Shown here: piece by piece, positions 41,525 through 52,274 of the stretch
Layout of the letters: each line of letters begins with the position of its first letter
How positions within the stretch are numbered: position 1 is the first letter of the stretch
Assembly: GCA_047495785.1 (NCBI GenBank)
Contig: JBLDXI010000013.1
Span: 4,663,704 to 4,727,703 of the forward strand
DNA length: 64,000 bases
Source: Lepidodermella squamata
Taxonomy: Eukaryota > Animalia > Gastrotricha
Direction: 5' to 3'
Made by a program: the position numbers and the translations under genes
The notes under the pieces: model-generated
Databases searched by the model: none
What the model was told of the DNA's origin: nothing
What the model saw: only the letters and a program-made list of their open reading frames with translations

Positions 41525-41646
41525 TCATACGTCTTCTACTTTCCTGAACCTCAACCAGTCAGGTACAGTAAAATCGTCCAGGGAAAAGTTCTCAGTAGAG
41601 TTCGAGGAACAAGGCCTGTTAAGGAACTGACCGCCGATTCGGAACC
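41525..41646 (-). pseudogene. Orphan 3'-terminal fragment of the P4HA-like gene
   Basis: Encodes WFRIGGQFLNRPCSSNSTENFSLDDFTVPDWLRFRKVEDV*, paralogous to 45431-45552; no upstream coding sequence. Confidence 0.8.
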
Positions 41647-42285
41647 AGTTCCGCCAGATTCAACATTATTGAGATACAGCACAAGCATTGAGATACAGCA
41701 TAAGAGTCGCCAATCGACCGCCCAACTCCCTGTTTTCAACTTTCGAGGAGAAGTAGTCAGAATGAGGCCTGTAATGGCCTCCTATACCGTAATTTCCATC
41801 TTGGAATCAAGGTTTGTGTAGTTCAGTTTAACATACATAAACATAATTCGACGCTCAAAATTGAAAAGTAACCTATCAGATTGTTCTAATGATAAATGTG
41901 CCACAAATAAGCGATGATAGTCTTGATTTTGAGTCATGAATAGCTTGAATGATTGAATAATTTCCCCACGTTTTCGACGATCTCTGAATTTTTCGCTGAA
42001 AATTTGAACGAAGGAAATTGAAGTTCACTTTGCAAGATGCCCACCACAAACTTTATTAAAATACCATTCACTCGGATCAATTCAATTGAATAATTTACCA
42101 ACACCATCAAACATGATATGCTAGGCACGAAATTCACGATTTTACGAAGTGGCTGACGCTAAAACCCCACACTGGTTTCTCTAAAGCTAACGTTGATAAA
42201 TATATATAGTACTCATTATTTCACGCAACGATTGCTCTCAGGTTTTCGTAATGCTCGTCCTCTATTGGCGGTCTTAAGGCGGTCC

Positions 42286-43204
42286 TCAGGGTACCTCGAT
42301 GGAGAGACGAGCTGAGGGTTCCCCAACCGCGAGACGTGCTGAAGGTTCCTCGATGGAGAGACGAGCTGTGGGTTCCCCAACCGCGAGACGGGCTGAAGGT
42401 TCCTCAATCGAGAGACGAGCTGAGGGTTCCCCAACTGCTAGACGAGCTGAGGGTTCCCCAACCGCGAGACGGGCTGAAGGTTCCTCAATCGAGAGACGAG
42501 CTGAGGGTTCCCCAACCGCGAGACGGGCTGAAGGTTCCCCAACCGCTAGACGAGCTGAGGGTTCCCCAACCGCGAGACGGGCTGAAGGTTCCTCGATGGA
42601 GAGACGAGCTGTGGGTTCCCCAACCGCGAGACGGGCTGAAGGTTCCTCGATGGAGAGACGAGCTGTGGGTTCCCCAACCGCGAGACGGGCTGAAGGTTCC
42701 TCGATGGAGAGACGAGCTGAGGGTTCCCCAACCGCGAGACGTGCTGAAGGTTCCTCGATGGAGAGACGAGCTGTGGGTTCCCCAACCGCGAGACGGGCTG
42801 AAGGTTCCTCGATGGAGAGACGAGCTGTGGGTTCCCCAACCGCGAGACGGGCTGAAGGTTCCTCGATGGAGAGACGAGCTGTGGGTTCCCCAACCGCGAG
42901 ACGGGCTGAAGGTTCCTCGATGGAGAGACGAGCTGTGGGTTCCCCAACCGCGAGACGGGCTGAAGGTTCCTCGATGGAGAGACGAGCTGAGGGTTCCCCA
43001 ACCGCGAGACGGGCTGAAGGTTCCTCGATGGAGAGACGAGCTGAAGGTTCCTCAATCGAGAGACGAGCTGAGCCAGTTGGATTCGCGCTCGTGGACCACA
43101 CAGCTACTGCGGCCTGAGAAAATTACCTAGTTTTACAACAAAACATGAACCTATCACGGAATGAAACTTACTACTAGCAGCATTGAAACCAAACGCTTGT
43201 TCAT
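42286..43204 (-). CDS. Secreted repeat-peptide precursor, paralog 2 (286 aa, 29 x 9-aa repeats)
   Basis: Exon 43204-43172 (MNKRLVSMLLV), 58-nt GT-AG intron, exon 43113-42286 (AAVAVWSTSANPTG then SARLSIEEP / SARLAVGEP / TARLSIEEP x29). TATAAAA near 43278-43284. Confidence 0.8.
42289..43071. repeat. Coding minisatellite, 27-bp monomer with 54-bp higher-order alternation
   Basis: gagacgagctgwgggttccccaaccgc alternates with gagacgggctgaaggttcctcgatgga. Confidence 0.95.
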
Positions 43205-45430
43205 TCTGCTAGAAGTGGATTTAAGAGTAAGAGAAATACAAAATTGAAATGATGAAATATGCATTCGTTACCCCCAATTTTATAAGCCTGACTGATTCAA
43301 CCTTGCATCTGTATAAATATTCCTGATGTTTCACGTGAAATTCACCTTTTGTTCACATGTGAAATCATCAACGGGCGAAATTGAAGGCTTACTGTCAGTT
43401 AGTATGGCTATTTACATTGTTAGCGTTAACTTGGTAAATTTTCTGACGCAATATTTATGCTTATAAAACTTTCTCGAACTTTGAACGGGGATAGCTTTCG
43501 CATCCCTTCTCATACGGCTCCTTTCAATATTTACTCAAGATTCAATTATGATGAATTATATCTTGTTTAAAAATTGTCTTCTTGACTCGATAACAGCGAA
43601 ATTCTACTTGCTTGTACACGTTTTTCGAGCTGAGAAGCGCGATAATTTTGCTCCTGTTAACCTAGCTCCTTTCAATATTTACTGAATAGTCAAATAAAAT
43701 ACATCCGCTGTAAGAATTGTCTTCCCCGCAGGAATAATTAATTAATCAGGTTAATCTAATCTCTAGGGCAGGAATAATAATATGATAATAACATTATCAT
43801 AATATTATTATATCAAGTTTTCAGCATGCAAAAATTGATGATTAAATTGAATGCTTATATAATTATGAACTTGGACAATTTTTTCCATTTCAGACCCTCC
43901 TGATCGAGATAACCGACCGCGACCCTGGCAACAACCCCGGCGGTATCCCGTACCGCCTCGTTGCCGAAGGTTGTGCGCCAACCATCAACAATTCCGACTA
44001 CCGCGACGTCTTGGAAGAGCGCACCATCATCAAAAGCATTATGGTCTCAGTGTCAGGACAAGCGAGTCTCAGTGATAAAACCGACGATTTTGAATAAACG
44101 AGGCCAACCCGCTTTAATTTTCCGCCGGACCCTGCTAGGGTGTTCAGACGAGGCGACGTTCGAGCCGTCAAACGACGGAACTCTACCATCGAAAGTCACG
44201 ATTGATATAACCGACCCAGTCTCGTGTTTCCGGGTCGAATCCCTCCAACCGACCCCGCTGGAAATTACCGAAATCACCGATGATTCACCCCCAGTTACAG
44301 CCTCAAAGACAAAAGCGATAACTGAGACAGTCTTAGTCGGAAAAACTGCGTTGTATAAGGTGATTTTCACGCCAACCAGCGCTGTTCGTTCGATAGGCGG
44401 GGTGCGGATTCGCGTTGAAGATAACCCATACGAAGACACGGTTATCCAGCTGATCGGCGAGTCTTACGACGAGAATCACAGACGCGCCCTCGCCCCCGCC
44501 GAAAATCAGATTCGCCCCACTTGACCTGGGCGATATTTACGGGAATATCTAACTCCACGTGTCGAACGCGAATCCTGAAAACAGAATTTTTCATACAATC
44601 GCGGTTAAGCGAGGGGTTTGCTGCCGTGGTGTCACTTCGAGTTACCGGATTGTGAGTATTTAGTCAAGCGGAATATTAAGCTACTCAGGCCTCAGGGCCT
44701 GCCCGCCGACAGCCGGGCTCCTAGCTGGACCCTAAAACCCGCGCGATTGAGTTCAGCGTAGCCGGGGTCAGAATTACTACAGCCAAAATTATCTCTGTTT
44801 TGAACCCGACGAATAAACGGTACCACTTCGAATGGGTCAGCACTGATACACTGATACACTGATTTATTTTTGCAATTTGTCTCGCGACGTTTAGCAATTA
44901 AAAAGGGTCGAGGCGCCTCACCACTGATATAGTATATTGTTCTAGTTCACAGGCAATGCTTCTAGTATATTTTACGAAATTAAAATGAGAGCTATTTACG
45001 ACCTCACAGGGTATAGACGCAGCTCAACAGCAAGCGATCGGTGCCAACCAATGGGTCTACTATACCTGAGAGGGGTGTCGTAAGGAAACATCCTGATGGA
45101 AAACTTACCAACAATATTGATCTCATTCATTATACTCCAACTGTGATATCATTTTTAATAACAAATCCATTCATTATAAATGATTTTATTGCAACGTATG
45201 TATTGCTTATAATCTTAGCGATTTTAAAATGATAGGTAACACTGCTTATGATTTTCTCTGAGCAACACGATACTGTGATTTTTGACTGATGGTATACTTA
45301 TACAAAGATCAAACAGGCGTCTGTCATTTGAAATATTCGTAATATATTTAAAATAAAGCAATTGCTCCTTATCTATCCAGTAAAATGACCAGAAATGCGA
45401 ACACGTCTAATTTCTGTTTAAAATAATGCC

Positions 45431-46285
45431 TCATACGTCTTCTACTTTCCTGAACCTCAACCAGTCAGGTACAGTAAAATCGTCCAGGGAAAAGTTCTCA
45501 GTAGTTTTTGAGGAACAAGGCCTGTAAAGGAATTGGCCGCCGATTCGGAACCATTTGTTAGTCACCCATTTTTCACCCCGCAAAACTGGACATCCGCTGT
45601 GGAGCGTCCGCTCATCTGCCACCTCGTTTTTGCGATAGTTGTACCAGAAAATACCGGCCTTCTTAGGAATAAAATCATGCCATAACACGACAAGCGGGTC
45701 CAAGTTGATAACTTCTTCCTTCACTGGTGATAGAATCAGCAAAGGATGCCGACCTCTGTCATCGTAGCGGCAGAAGCGTTTCGGGTCTCTCGCGAGGGCT
45801 TTTAGCTGCACATTTGCTTCGCCATCTCGACATATCTCGTACTCTGATGTCGCTGCTAATTTCTCGGCCGCGGACATCCTTTCCTCCAGAGGCTTTGTGT
45901 CGAAGTCATTTGGCTCGGCAGGTGTTTTCACCTGGGACATGTAGTAATTCTTCCAAGAAGTCAGGTGTTTTAGCAAGTTATCATCGGTTCTTGGCATCTT
46001 GTTTAATGCAAGGTTGCAAAGGAAAAGAGCCTCCAATTTTTTACCAAGGCCGAATGCGGCGTACTGCATGTAGTCGAGGATTTCCGATTCTCGTATCGAG
46101 CCAATTTCGCTGGCATATGTACTGTTGAAAACTCGCCAAGCATTGAGCGCTGCTGCGTAGAGTTCTTCGAACTTCTTGGCATCTGACAGTTCCTGCAACG
46201 GTTTGTACGCTTCGTAGAGTTCAGTTGAAGTTTCTGAACCAGTTGACAACTTGAACGTTAGCAAAAGGATGAGGGCAATACTCAT
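45431..46285 (-). CDS. Prolyl 4-hydroxylase alpha-like protein, intronless, with in-frame deletion of the catalytic core (predicted inactive)
   Basis: Signal peptide; TPR-like substrate-binding region (EILDYMQYAAF..G...EA); YEICR, FCRY....HPLLILSPVKEE....DP.VVLWHDFI; then directly FWYN...DERTLHSGCPVLRGEKWVTNKWF...GQ...RPC. No HxD segment. Confidence 0.8.
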   Translation of the reverse strand: MSIALILLLTFKLSTGSETSTELYEAYKPLQELSDAKKFEELYAAALNAWRVFNSTYASEIGSIRESEILDYMQYAAFGLGKKLEALFLCNLALNKMPRTDDNLLKHLTSWKNYYMSQVKTPAEPNDFDTKPLEERMSAAEKLAATSEYEICRDGEANVQLKALARDPKRFCRYDDRGRHPLLILSPVKEEVINLDPLVVLWHDFIPKKAGIFWYNYRKNEVADERTLHSGCPVLRGEKWVTNKWFRIGGQFLYRPCSSKTTENFSLDDFTVPDWLRFRKVEDV

Positions 46286-46350
46286 TGTAAAAACTTGATA
46301 ACCAGATTTTTGGAGTACTAATGGTTGATGAAATTGAGCACTATAAGTTT

Positions 46351-46395
46351 ATATCCAACGTTTCGGTTATTTTCCATAACCTTCTTCAAGGATAT
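46351..46395 (-). ncRNA. Minimal type-I hammerhead ribozyme-like motif (Penelope type), present in every array unit
   Basis: Minus strand reads atatcc-TTGAAGA-a-GGTTAT-ggaaa-ATAACC-GAAA-CG-TT-ggatat: 6-bp stem I, core with C3U, 6-bp stem II, palindromic AACGTT in place of stem III. Confidence 0.7.
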
Positions 46396-46591
46396 CAAGG
46401 GTAACATTTCCGCATGAAGTTGATATTATAAAATTAAGGCGGAAATTTTAAATTAGCGTTAGTGAGGATTATAAGCCTAATCTGATCCAGTAAGTTGAGC
46501 TATTCTAACTAAAATTTTCTCGGCTTGTTCGACTGCACTTCTCATGAAAGATGGACTCCGTGAAGAGTTTCGCCTTAATCGAATCGAATTG

Positions 46592-46636
46592 GTATCCCTG
46601 AAGATGGTTATGAAAAAGAACCGAAACGTTGGATAT
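46592..46636 (+). ncRNA. Minimal type-I hammerhead ribozyme-like motif (Penelope type), opposite polarity, present in every array unit
   Basis: gtatcc-CTGAAGA-t-GGTT-atgaaaaag-AACC-GAAA-CG-TT-ggatat: canonical CUGANGA/GAAA core with stems I and II. Confidence 0.72.
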
Positions 46637-47213
46637 AAACTTATAGCGCCCAATCTCTTTGTAAAAGGATGTATAATAGGTACTAATAGTCAGTAATTTT
46701 TACATCTTTGCGCCCGAATGAATTTTTTAACCGCTATTTGTTGAATCACCTGCCTGTGTTATTGAATGATGACTGCGTAGAGTTCTTACATCTTTGTAGT
46801 CCGTTAACGCACGCAGCGAACCTATCTGAAGGATGGCGGTCATTACAAAGCATGACAATGGACGGCACCGCAAATAATAAGACTCTCAAGGAGAACTCGG
46901 CGAGCTTCATAGTATCTGAGGATGGAAAAGGCTGAAACGATCGAATTACTTGTGGTCTAATATTTCTCACCTTCAGTTCTATGTATCAGGTGCTTCACCA
47001 AATCTCAACTTTTTCATATCAATATTGATGTAACATTGCTCTCACAATTTTTAAGTGCTATGCTATGCTTGCGCTTGGATTTCAGGATAGATGAGCGATC
47101 AGTATGTGAAGGATCCAGCCTATAAATTCATGTCAATCTTGCAGTTTCTCTCGAAATTCTCGCCGGCAAATATAACGTGAACGCTCATATGATGGATCGC
47201 CCTTCTGGCACTA

Positions 47214-47972
47214 TCAGACCCCAGAAAGTTTGGAAACGCCCAACAAGCTGCCGGTGCTCAGCCGAGGGACTAACAAGTATGGCAAAGAGTTAAAGCAGGC
47301 TTGTCGAAATTTAGCCGTTGCTTTTTCGATCAGCTGTGTGCCGTACTTCTTAGGAATAAAATCATGCCATAACACGACAAGCGGGTCCAAGTTGATAACT
47401 TCTTCCTTCACTGGTGATAGAATCAGCAAAGGATGCCGACCTCTGTCATCGTAGCGGCAGAAGCGTTTCGGGTCTCTCGCGAGGGCTTTTAGCTGCACAT
47501 TTGCTTCGCCATCTCGACATATCTCGTACTCTGATGTCGCTGCTAATTTCTCGGCCGCGGACATCCTTTCCTCCAGAGGCTTTGTGTCGAAGTCATTTGG
47601 CTCGGCAGGTGTTTTCACCTGGGACATGTAGTAATTCTTCCAAGAAGTCAGGTGTTTTAGCAAGTTATCATCGGTTCTTGGCATCTTGTTTAATGCAAGG
47701 TTGCAAAGGAAAAGAGCCTCCAATTTTTTACCAAGGCCGAATGCGGCGTACTGCATGTAGTCGAGGATTTCCGATTCTCGTATCGAGCCAATTTCGCTGG
47801 CATATGTACTGTTGAAAACTCGCCAAGCATTGAGCGCTGCTGCGTAGAGTTCTTCGAACTTCTTGGCATCTGACAGTTCCTGCAACGGTTTGTACGCTTC
47901 GTAGAGTTCAGTTGAAGTTTCTGAACCAGTTGACAACTTGAACGTTAGCAAAAGGATGAGGGCAATACTCAT
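47214..47972 (-). CDS. Truncated P4HA-like ORF (252 aa), array copy
   Basis: Same N-terminal 209 aa as 45431-46285; P4H-like to ...ATAKFRQA, then an unrelated tail. Confidence 0.65.
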   Translation of the reverse strand: MSIALILLLTFKLSTGSETSTELYEAYKPLQELSDAKKFEELYAAALNAWRVFNSTYASEIGSIRESEILDYMQYAAFGLGKKLEALFLCNLALNKMPRTDDNLLKHLTSWKNYYMSQVKTPAEPNDFDTKPLEERMSAAEKLAATSEYEICRDGEANVQLKALARDPKRFCRYDDRGRHPLLILSPVKEEVINLDPLVVLWHDFIPKKYGTQLIEKATAKFRQACFNSLPYLLVPRLSTGSLLGVSKLSGV

Positions 47973-48900
47973 TGTAAAAACTTGATAACCAGATTTTTGG
48001 AGTACTAATGGTTGATGAAATTGAGCACTATAAGTTTATATCCAACGTTTCGGTTATTTTCCATAACCTTCTTCAAGGATATCAAGGGTAACATTTCCGC
48101 ATGAAGTTGATATTATAAAATTAAGGCGGAAATTTTAAATTAGCGTTAGTGAGGATTATAAGCCTAATCTGATCCAGTAAGTTGAGCTATTCTAACTAAA
48201 ATTTTCTCGGCTTGTTCGACTGCACTTCTCATGAAAGATGGACTCCGTGAAGAGTTTCGCCTTAATCGAATCGAATTGGTATCCCTGAAGATGGTTATGA
48301 AAAAGAACCGAAACGTTGGATATAAACTTATAGCGCCCAATCTCTTTGTAAAAGGATGTATAATAGGTACTAATAGTCAGTAATTTTTACATCTTTGCGC
48401 CCGAATGAATTTTTTAACCGCTATTTGTTGAATCACCTGCCTGTGTTATTGAATGATGACTGCGTAGAGTTCTTACATCTTTGTAGTCCGTTAACGCACG
48501 CAGCGAACCTATCTGAAGGATGGCGGTCATTACAAAGCATGACAATGGACGGCACCGCAAATAATAAGACTCTCAAGGAGAACTCGGCGAGCTTCATAGT
48601 ATCTGAGGATGGAAAAGGCTGAAACGATCGAATTACTTGTGGTCTAATATTTCTCACCTTCAGTTCTATGTATCAGGTGCTTCACCAAATCTCAACTTTT
48701 TCATATCAATATTGATGTAACATTGCTCTCACAATTTTTAAGTGCTATGCTATGCTTGCGCTTGGATTTCAGGATAGATGAGCGATCAGTATGTGAAGGA
48801 TCCAGCCTATAAATTCATGTCAATCTTGCAGTTTCTCTCGAAATTCTCGCCGGCAAATATAACGTGAACGCTCATATGATGGATCGCCCTTCTGGCACTA

Positions 48901-49659
48901 TCAGACCCCAGAAAGTTTGGAAACGCCCAACAAGCTGCCGGTGCTCAGCCGAGGGACTAACAAGTATGGCAAAGAGTTAAAGCAGGCTTGTCGAAATTTA
49001 GCCGTTGCTTTTTCGATCAGCTGTGTGCCGTACTTCTTAGGAATAAAATCATGCCATAACACGACAAGCGGGTCCAAGTTGATAACTTCTTCCTTCACTG
49101 GTGATAGAATCAGCAAAGGATGCCGACCTCTGTCATCGTAGCGGCAGAAGCGTTTCGGGTCTCTCGCGAGGGCTTTTAGCTGCACATTTGCTTCGCCATC
49201 TCGACATATCTCGTACTCTGATGTCGCTGCTAATTTCTCGGCCGCGGACATCCTTTCCTCCAGAGGCTTTGTGTCGAAGTCATTTGGCTCGGCAGGTGTT
49301 TTCACCTGGGACATGTAGTAATTCTTCCAAGAAGTCAGGTGTTTTAGCAAGTTATCATCGGTTCTTGGCATCTTGTTTAATGCAAGGTTGCAAAGGAAAA
49401 GAGCCTCCAATTTTTTACCAAGGCCGAATGCGGCGTACTGCATGTAGTCGAGGATTTCCGATTCTCGTATCGAGCCAATTTCGCTGGCATATGTACTGTT
49501 GAAAACTCGCCAAGCATTGAGCGCTGCTGCGTAGAGTTCTTCGAACTTCTTGGCATCTGACAGTTCCTGCAACGGTTTGTACGCTTCGTAGAGTTCAGTT
49601 GAAGTTTCTGAACCAGTTGACAACTTGAACGTTAGCAAAAGGATGAGGGCAATACTCAT
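48901..49659 (-). CDS. Truncated P4HA-like ORF, array copy
   Basis: Translation identical to 47214-47972. Confidence 0.65.
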   Translation of the reverse strand: MSIALILLLTFKLSTGSETSTELYEAYKPLQELSDAKKFEELYAAALNAWRVFNSTYASEIGSIRESEILDYMQYAAFGLGKKLEALFLCNLALNKMPRTDDNLLKHLTSWKNYYMSQVKTPAEPNDFDTKPLEERMSAAEKLAATSEYEICRDGEANVQLKALARDPKRFCRYDDRGRHPLLILSPVKEEVINLDPLVVLWHDFIPKKYGTQLIEKATAKFRQACFNSLPYLLVPRLSTGSLLGVSKLSGV

Positions 49660-50587
49660 TGTAAAAACTTGATAACCAGATTTTTGGAGTACTAATGGTT
49701 GATGAAATTGAGCACTATAAGTTTATATCCAACGTTTCGGTTATTTTCCATAACCTTCTTCAAGGATATCAAGGGTAACATTTCCGCATGAAGTTGATAT
49801 TATAAAATTAAGGCGGAAATTTTAAATTAGCGTTAGTGAGGATTATAAGCCTAATCTGATCCAGTAAGTTGAGCTATTCTAACTAAAATTTTCTCGGCTT
49901 GTTCGACTGCACTTCTCATGAAAGATGGACTCCGTGAAGAGTTTCGCCTTAATCGAATCGAATTGGTATCCCTGAAGATGGTTATGAAAAAGAACCGAAA
50001 CGTTGGATATAAACTTATAGCGCCCAATCTCTTTGTAAAAGGATGTATAATAGGTACTAATAGTCAGTAATTTTTACATCTTTGCGCCCGAATGAATTTT
50101 TTAACCGCTATTTGTTGAATCACCTGCCTGTGTTATTGAATGATGACTGCGTAGAGTTCTTACATCTTTGTAGTCCGTTAACGCACGCAGCGAACCTATC
50201 TGAAGGATGGCGGTCATTACAAAGCATGACAATGGACGGCACCGCAAATAATAAGACTCTCAAGGAGAACTCGGCGAGCTTCATAGTATCTGAGGATGGA
50301 AAAGGCTGAAACGATCGAATTACTTGTGGTCTAATATTTCTCACCTTCAGTTCTATGTATCAGGTGCTTCACCAAATCTCAACTTTTTCATATCAATATT
50401 GATGTAACATTGCTCTCACAATTTTTAAGTGCTATGCTATGCTTGCGCTTGGATTTCAGGATAGATGAGCGATCAGTATGTGAAGGATCCAGCCTATAAA
50501 TTCATGTCAATCTTGCAGTTTCTCTCGAAATTCTCGCCGGCAAATATAACGTGAACGCTCATATGATGGATCGCCCTTCTGGCACTA

Positions 50588-51346
50588 TCAGACCCCAGAA
50601 AGTTTGGAAACGCCCAACAAGCTGCCGGTGCTCAGCCGAGGGACTAACAAGTATGGCAAAGAGTTAAAGCAGGCTTGTCGAAATTTAGCCGTTGCTTTTT
50701 CGATCAGCTGTGTGCCGTACTTCTTAGGAATAAAATCATGCCATAACACGACAAGCGGGTCCAAGTTGATAACTTCTTCCTTCACTGGTGATAGAATCAG
50801 CAAAGGATGCCGACCTCTGTCATCGTAGCGGCAGAAGCGTTTCGGGTCTCTCGCGAGGGCTTTTAGCTGCACATTTGCTTCGCCATCTCGACATATCTCG
50901 TACTCTGATGTCGCTGCTAATTTCTCGGCCGCGGACATCCTTTCCTCCAGAGGCTTTGTGTCGAAGTCATTTGGCTCGGCAGGTGTTTTCACCTGGGACA
51001 TGTAGTAATTCTTCCAAGAAGTCAGGTGTTTTAGCAAGTTATCATCGGTTCTTGGCATCTTGTTTAATGCAAGGTTGCAAAGGAAAAGAGCCTCCAATTT
51101 TTTACCAAGGCCGAATGCGGCGTACTGCATGTAGTCGAGGATTTCCGATTCTCGTATCGAGCCAATTTCGCTGGCATATGTACTGTTGAAAACTCGCCAA
51201 GCATTGAGCGCTGCTGCGTAGAGTTCTTCGAACTTCTTGGCATCTGACAGTTCCTGCAACGGTTTGTACGCTTCGTAGAGTTCAGTTGAAGTTTCTGAAC
51301 CAGTTGACAACTTGAACGTTAGCAAAAGGATGAGGGCAATACTCAT
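50588..51346 (-). CDS. Truncated P4HA-like ORF, array copy
   Basis: Identical translation. Confidence 0.65.
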   Translation of the reverse strand: MSIALILLLTFKLSTGSETSTELYEAYKPLQELSDAKKFEELYAAALNAWRVFNSTYASEIGSIRESEILDYMQYAAFGLGKKLEALFLCNLALNKMPRTDDNLLKHLTSWKNYYMSQVKTPAEPNDFDTKPLEERMSAAEKLAATSEYEICRDGEANVQLKALARDPKRFCRYDDRGRHPLLILSPVKEEVINLDPLVVLWHDFIPKKYGTQLIEKATAKFRQACFNSLPYLLVPRLSTGSLLGVSKLSGV

Positions 51347-52274
51347 TGTAAAAACTTGATAACCAGATTTTTGGAGTACTAATGGTTGATGAAATTGAGC
51401 ACTATAAGTTTATATCCAACGTTTCGGTTATTTTCCATAACCTTCTTCAAGGATATCAAGGGTAACATTTCCGCATGAAGTTGATATTATAAAATTAAGG
51501 CGGAAATTTTAAATTAGCGTTAGTGAGGATTATAAGCCTAATCTGATCCAGTAAGTTGAGCTATTCTAACTAAAATTTTCTCGGCTTGTTCGACTGCACT
51601 TCTCATGAAAGATGGACTCCGTGAAGAGTTTCGCCTTAATCGAATCGAATTGGTATCCCTGAAGATGGTTATGAAAAAGAACCGAAACGTTGGATATAAA
51701 CTTATAGCGCCCAATCTCTTTGTAAAAGGATGTATAATAGGTACTAATAGTCAGTAATTTTTACATCTTTGCGCCCGAATGAATTTTTTAACCGCTATTT
51801 GTTGAATCACCTGCCTGTGTTATTGAATGATGACTGCGTAGAGTTCTTACATCTTTGTAGTCCGTTAACGCACGCAGCGAACCTATCTGAAGGATGGCGG
51901 TCATTACAAAGCATGACAATGGACGGCACCGCAAATAATAAGACTCTCAAGGAGAACTCGGCGAGCTTCATAGTATCTGAGGATGGAAAAGGCTGAAACG
52001 ATCGAATTACTTGTGGTCTAATATTTCTCACCTTCAGTTCTATGTATCAGGTGCTTCACCAAATCTCAACTTTTTCATATCAATATTGATGTAACATTGC
52101 TCTCACAATTTTTAAGTGCTATGCTATGCTTGCGCTTGGATTTCAGGATAGATGAGCGATCAGTATGTGAAGGATCCAGCCTATAAATTCATGTCAATCT
52201 TGCAGTTTCTCTCGAAATTCTCGCCGGCAAATATAACGTGAACGCTCATATGATGGATCGCCCTTCTGGCACTA

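Larger units (their letters stand above)
41860..45430 (+). pseudogene. Rearranged partial HYDIN duplicate: intron 8, deleted pieces of exon 9, last exon and 3' UTR
   Basis: Approximate matches: 41860-43893 to 32760-34088 (diverged); 43894-44044 to 34089-34239; 44062-44473 to 34673-35084; 44501-44839 to 36045-36375; 45018-45430 to 41118-41524. Frameshifts present (tactatacctg versus tactacctg); no 5' exons. Confidence 0.9.

Noticed and set aside
42289-43071. CRISPR-like alternating repeat pattern
   Set aside because: No unique spacers, no cas genes, eukaryotic context; it is a coding minisatellite.
42299-43130. Plus-strand ORFs across the 27-bp repeat, one with an RR dibasic site every 9 aa (AEGSPTA-RR)
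   Set aside because: No signal peptide, promoter or splice support on that strand. The minus strand has conserved TATA, ATG, intron and signal peptide in both paralogs, so these are antisense shadows.
46911-46950. Third hammerhead-like string CTGAGGA-tggaaaaggct-GAAA-CGATCG
   Set aside because: Stem II and stem I pairing are too weak to support a call.
46708-46970. Recurrent 74-75 aa ORFs in each array unit (MRPNEFF..., MRNIRPQ...) and the 133-aa antisense ORF
   Set aside because: Non-ATG starts and no recognisable motif; they recur only because the unit is repeated.
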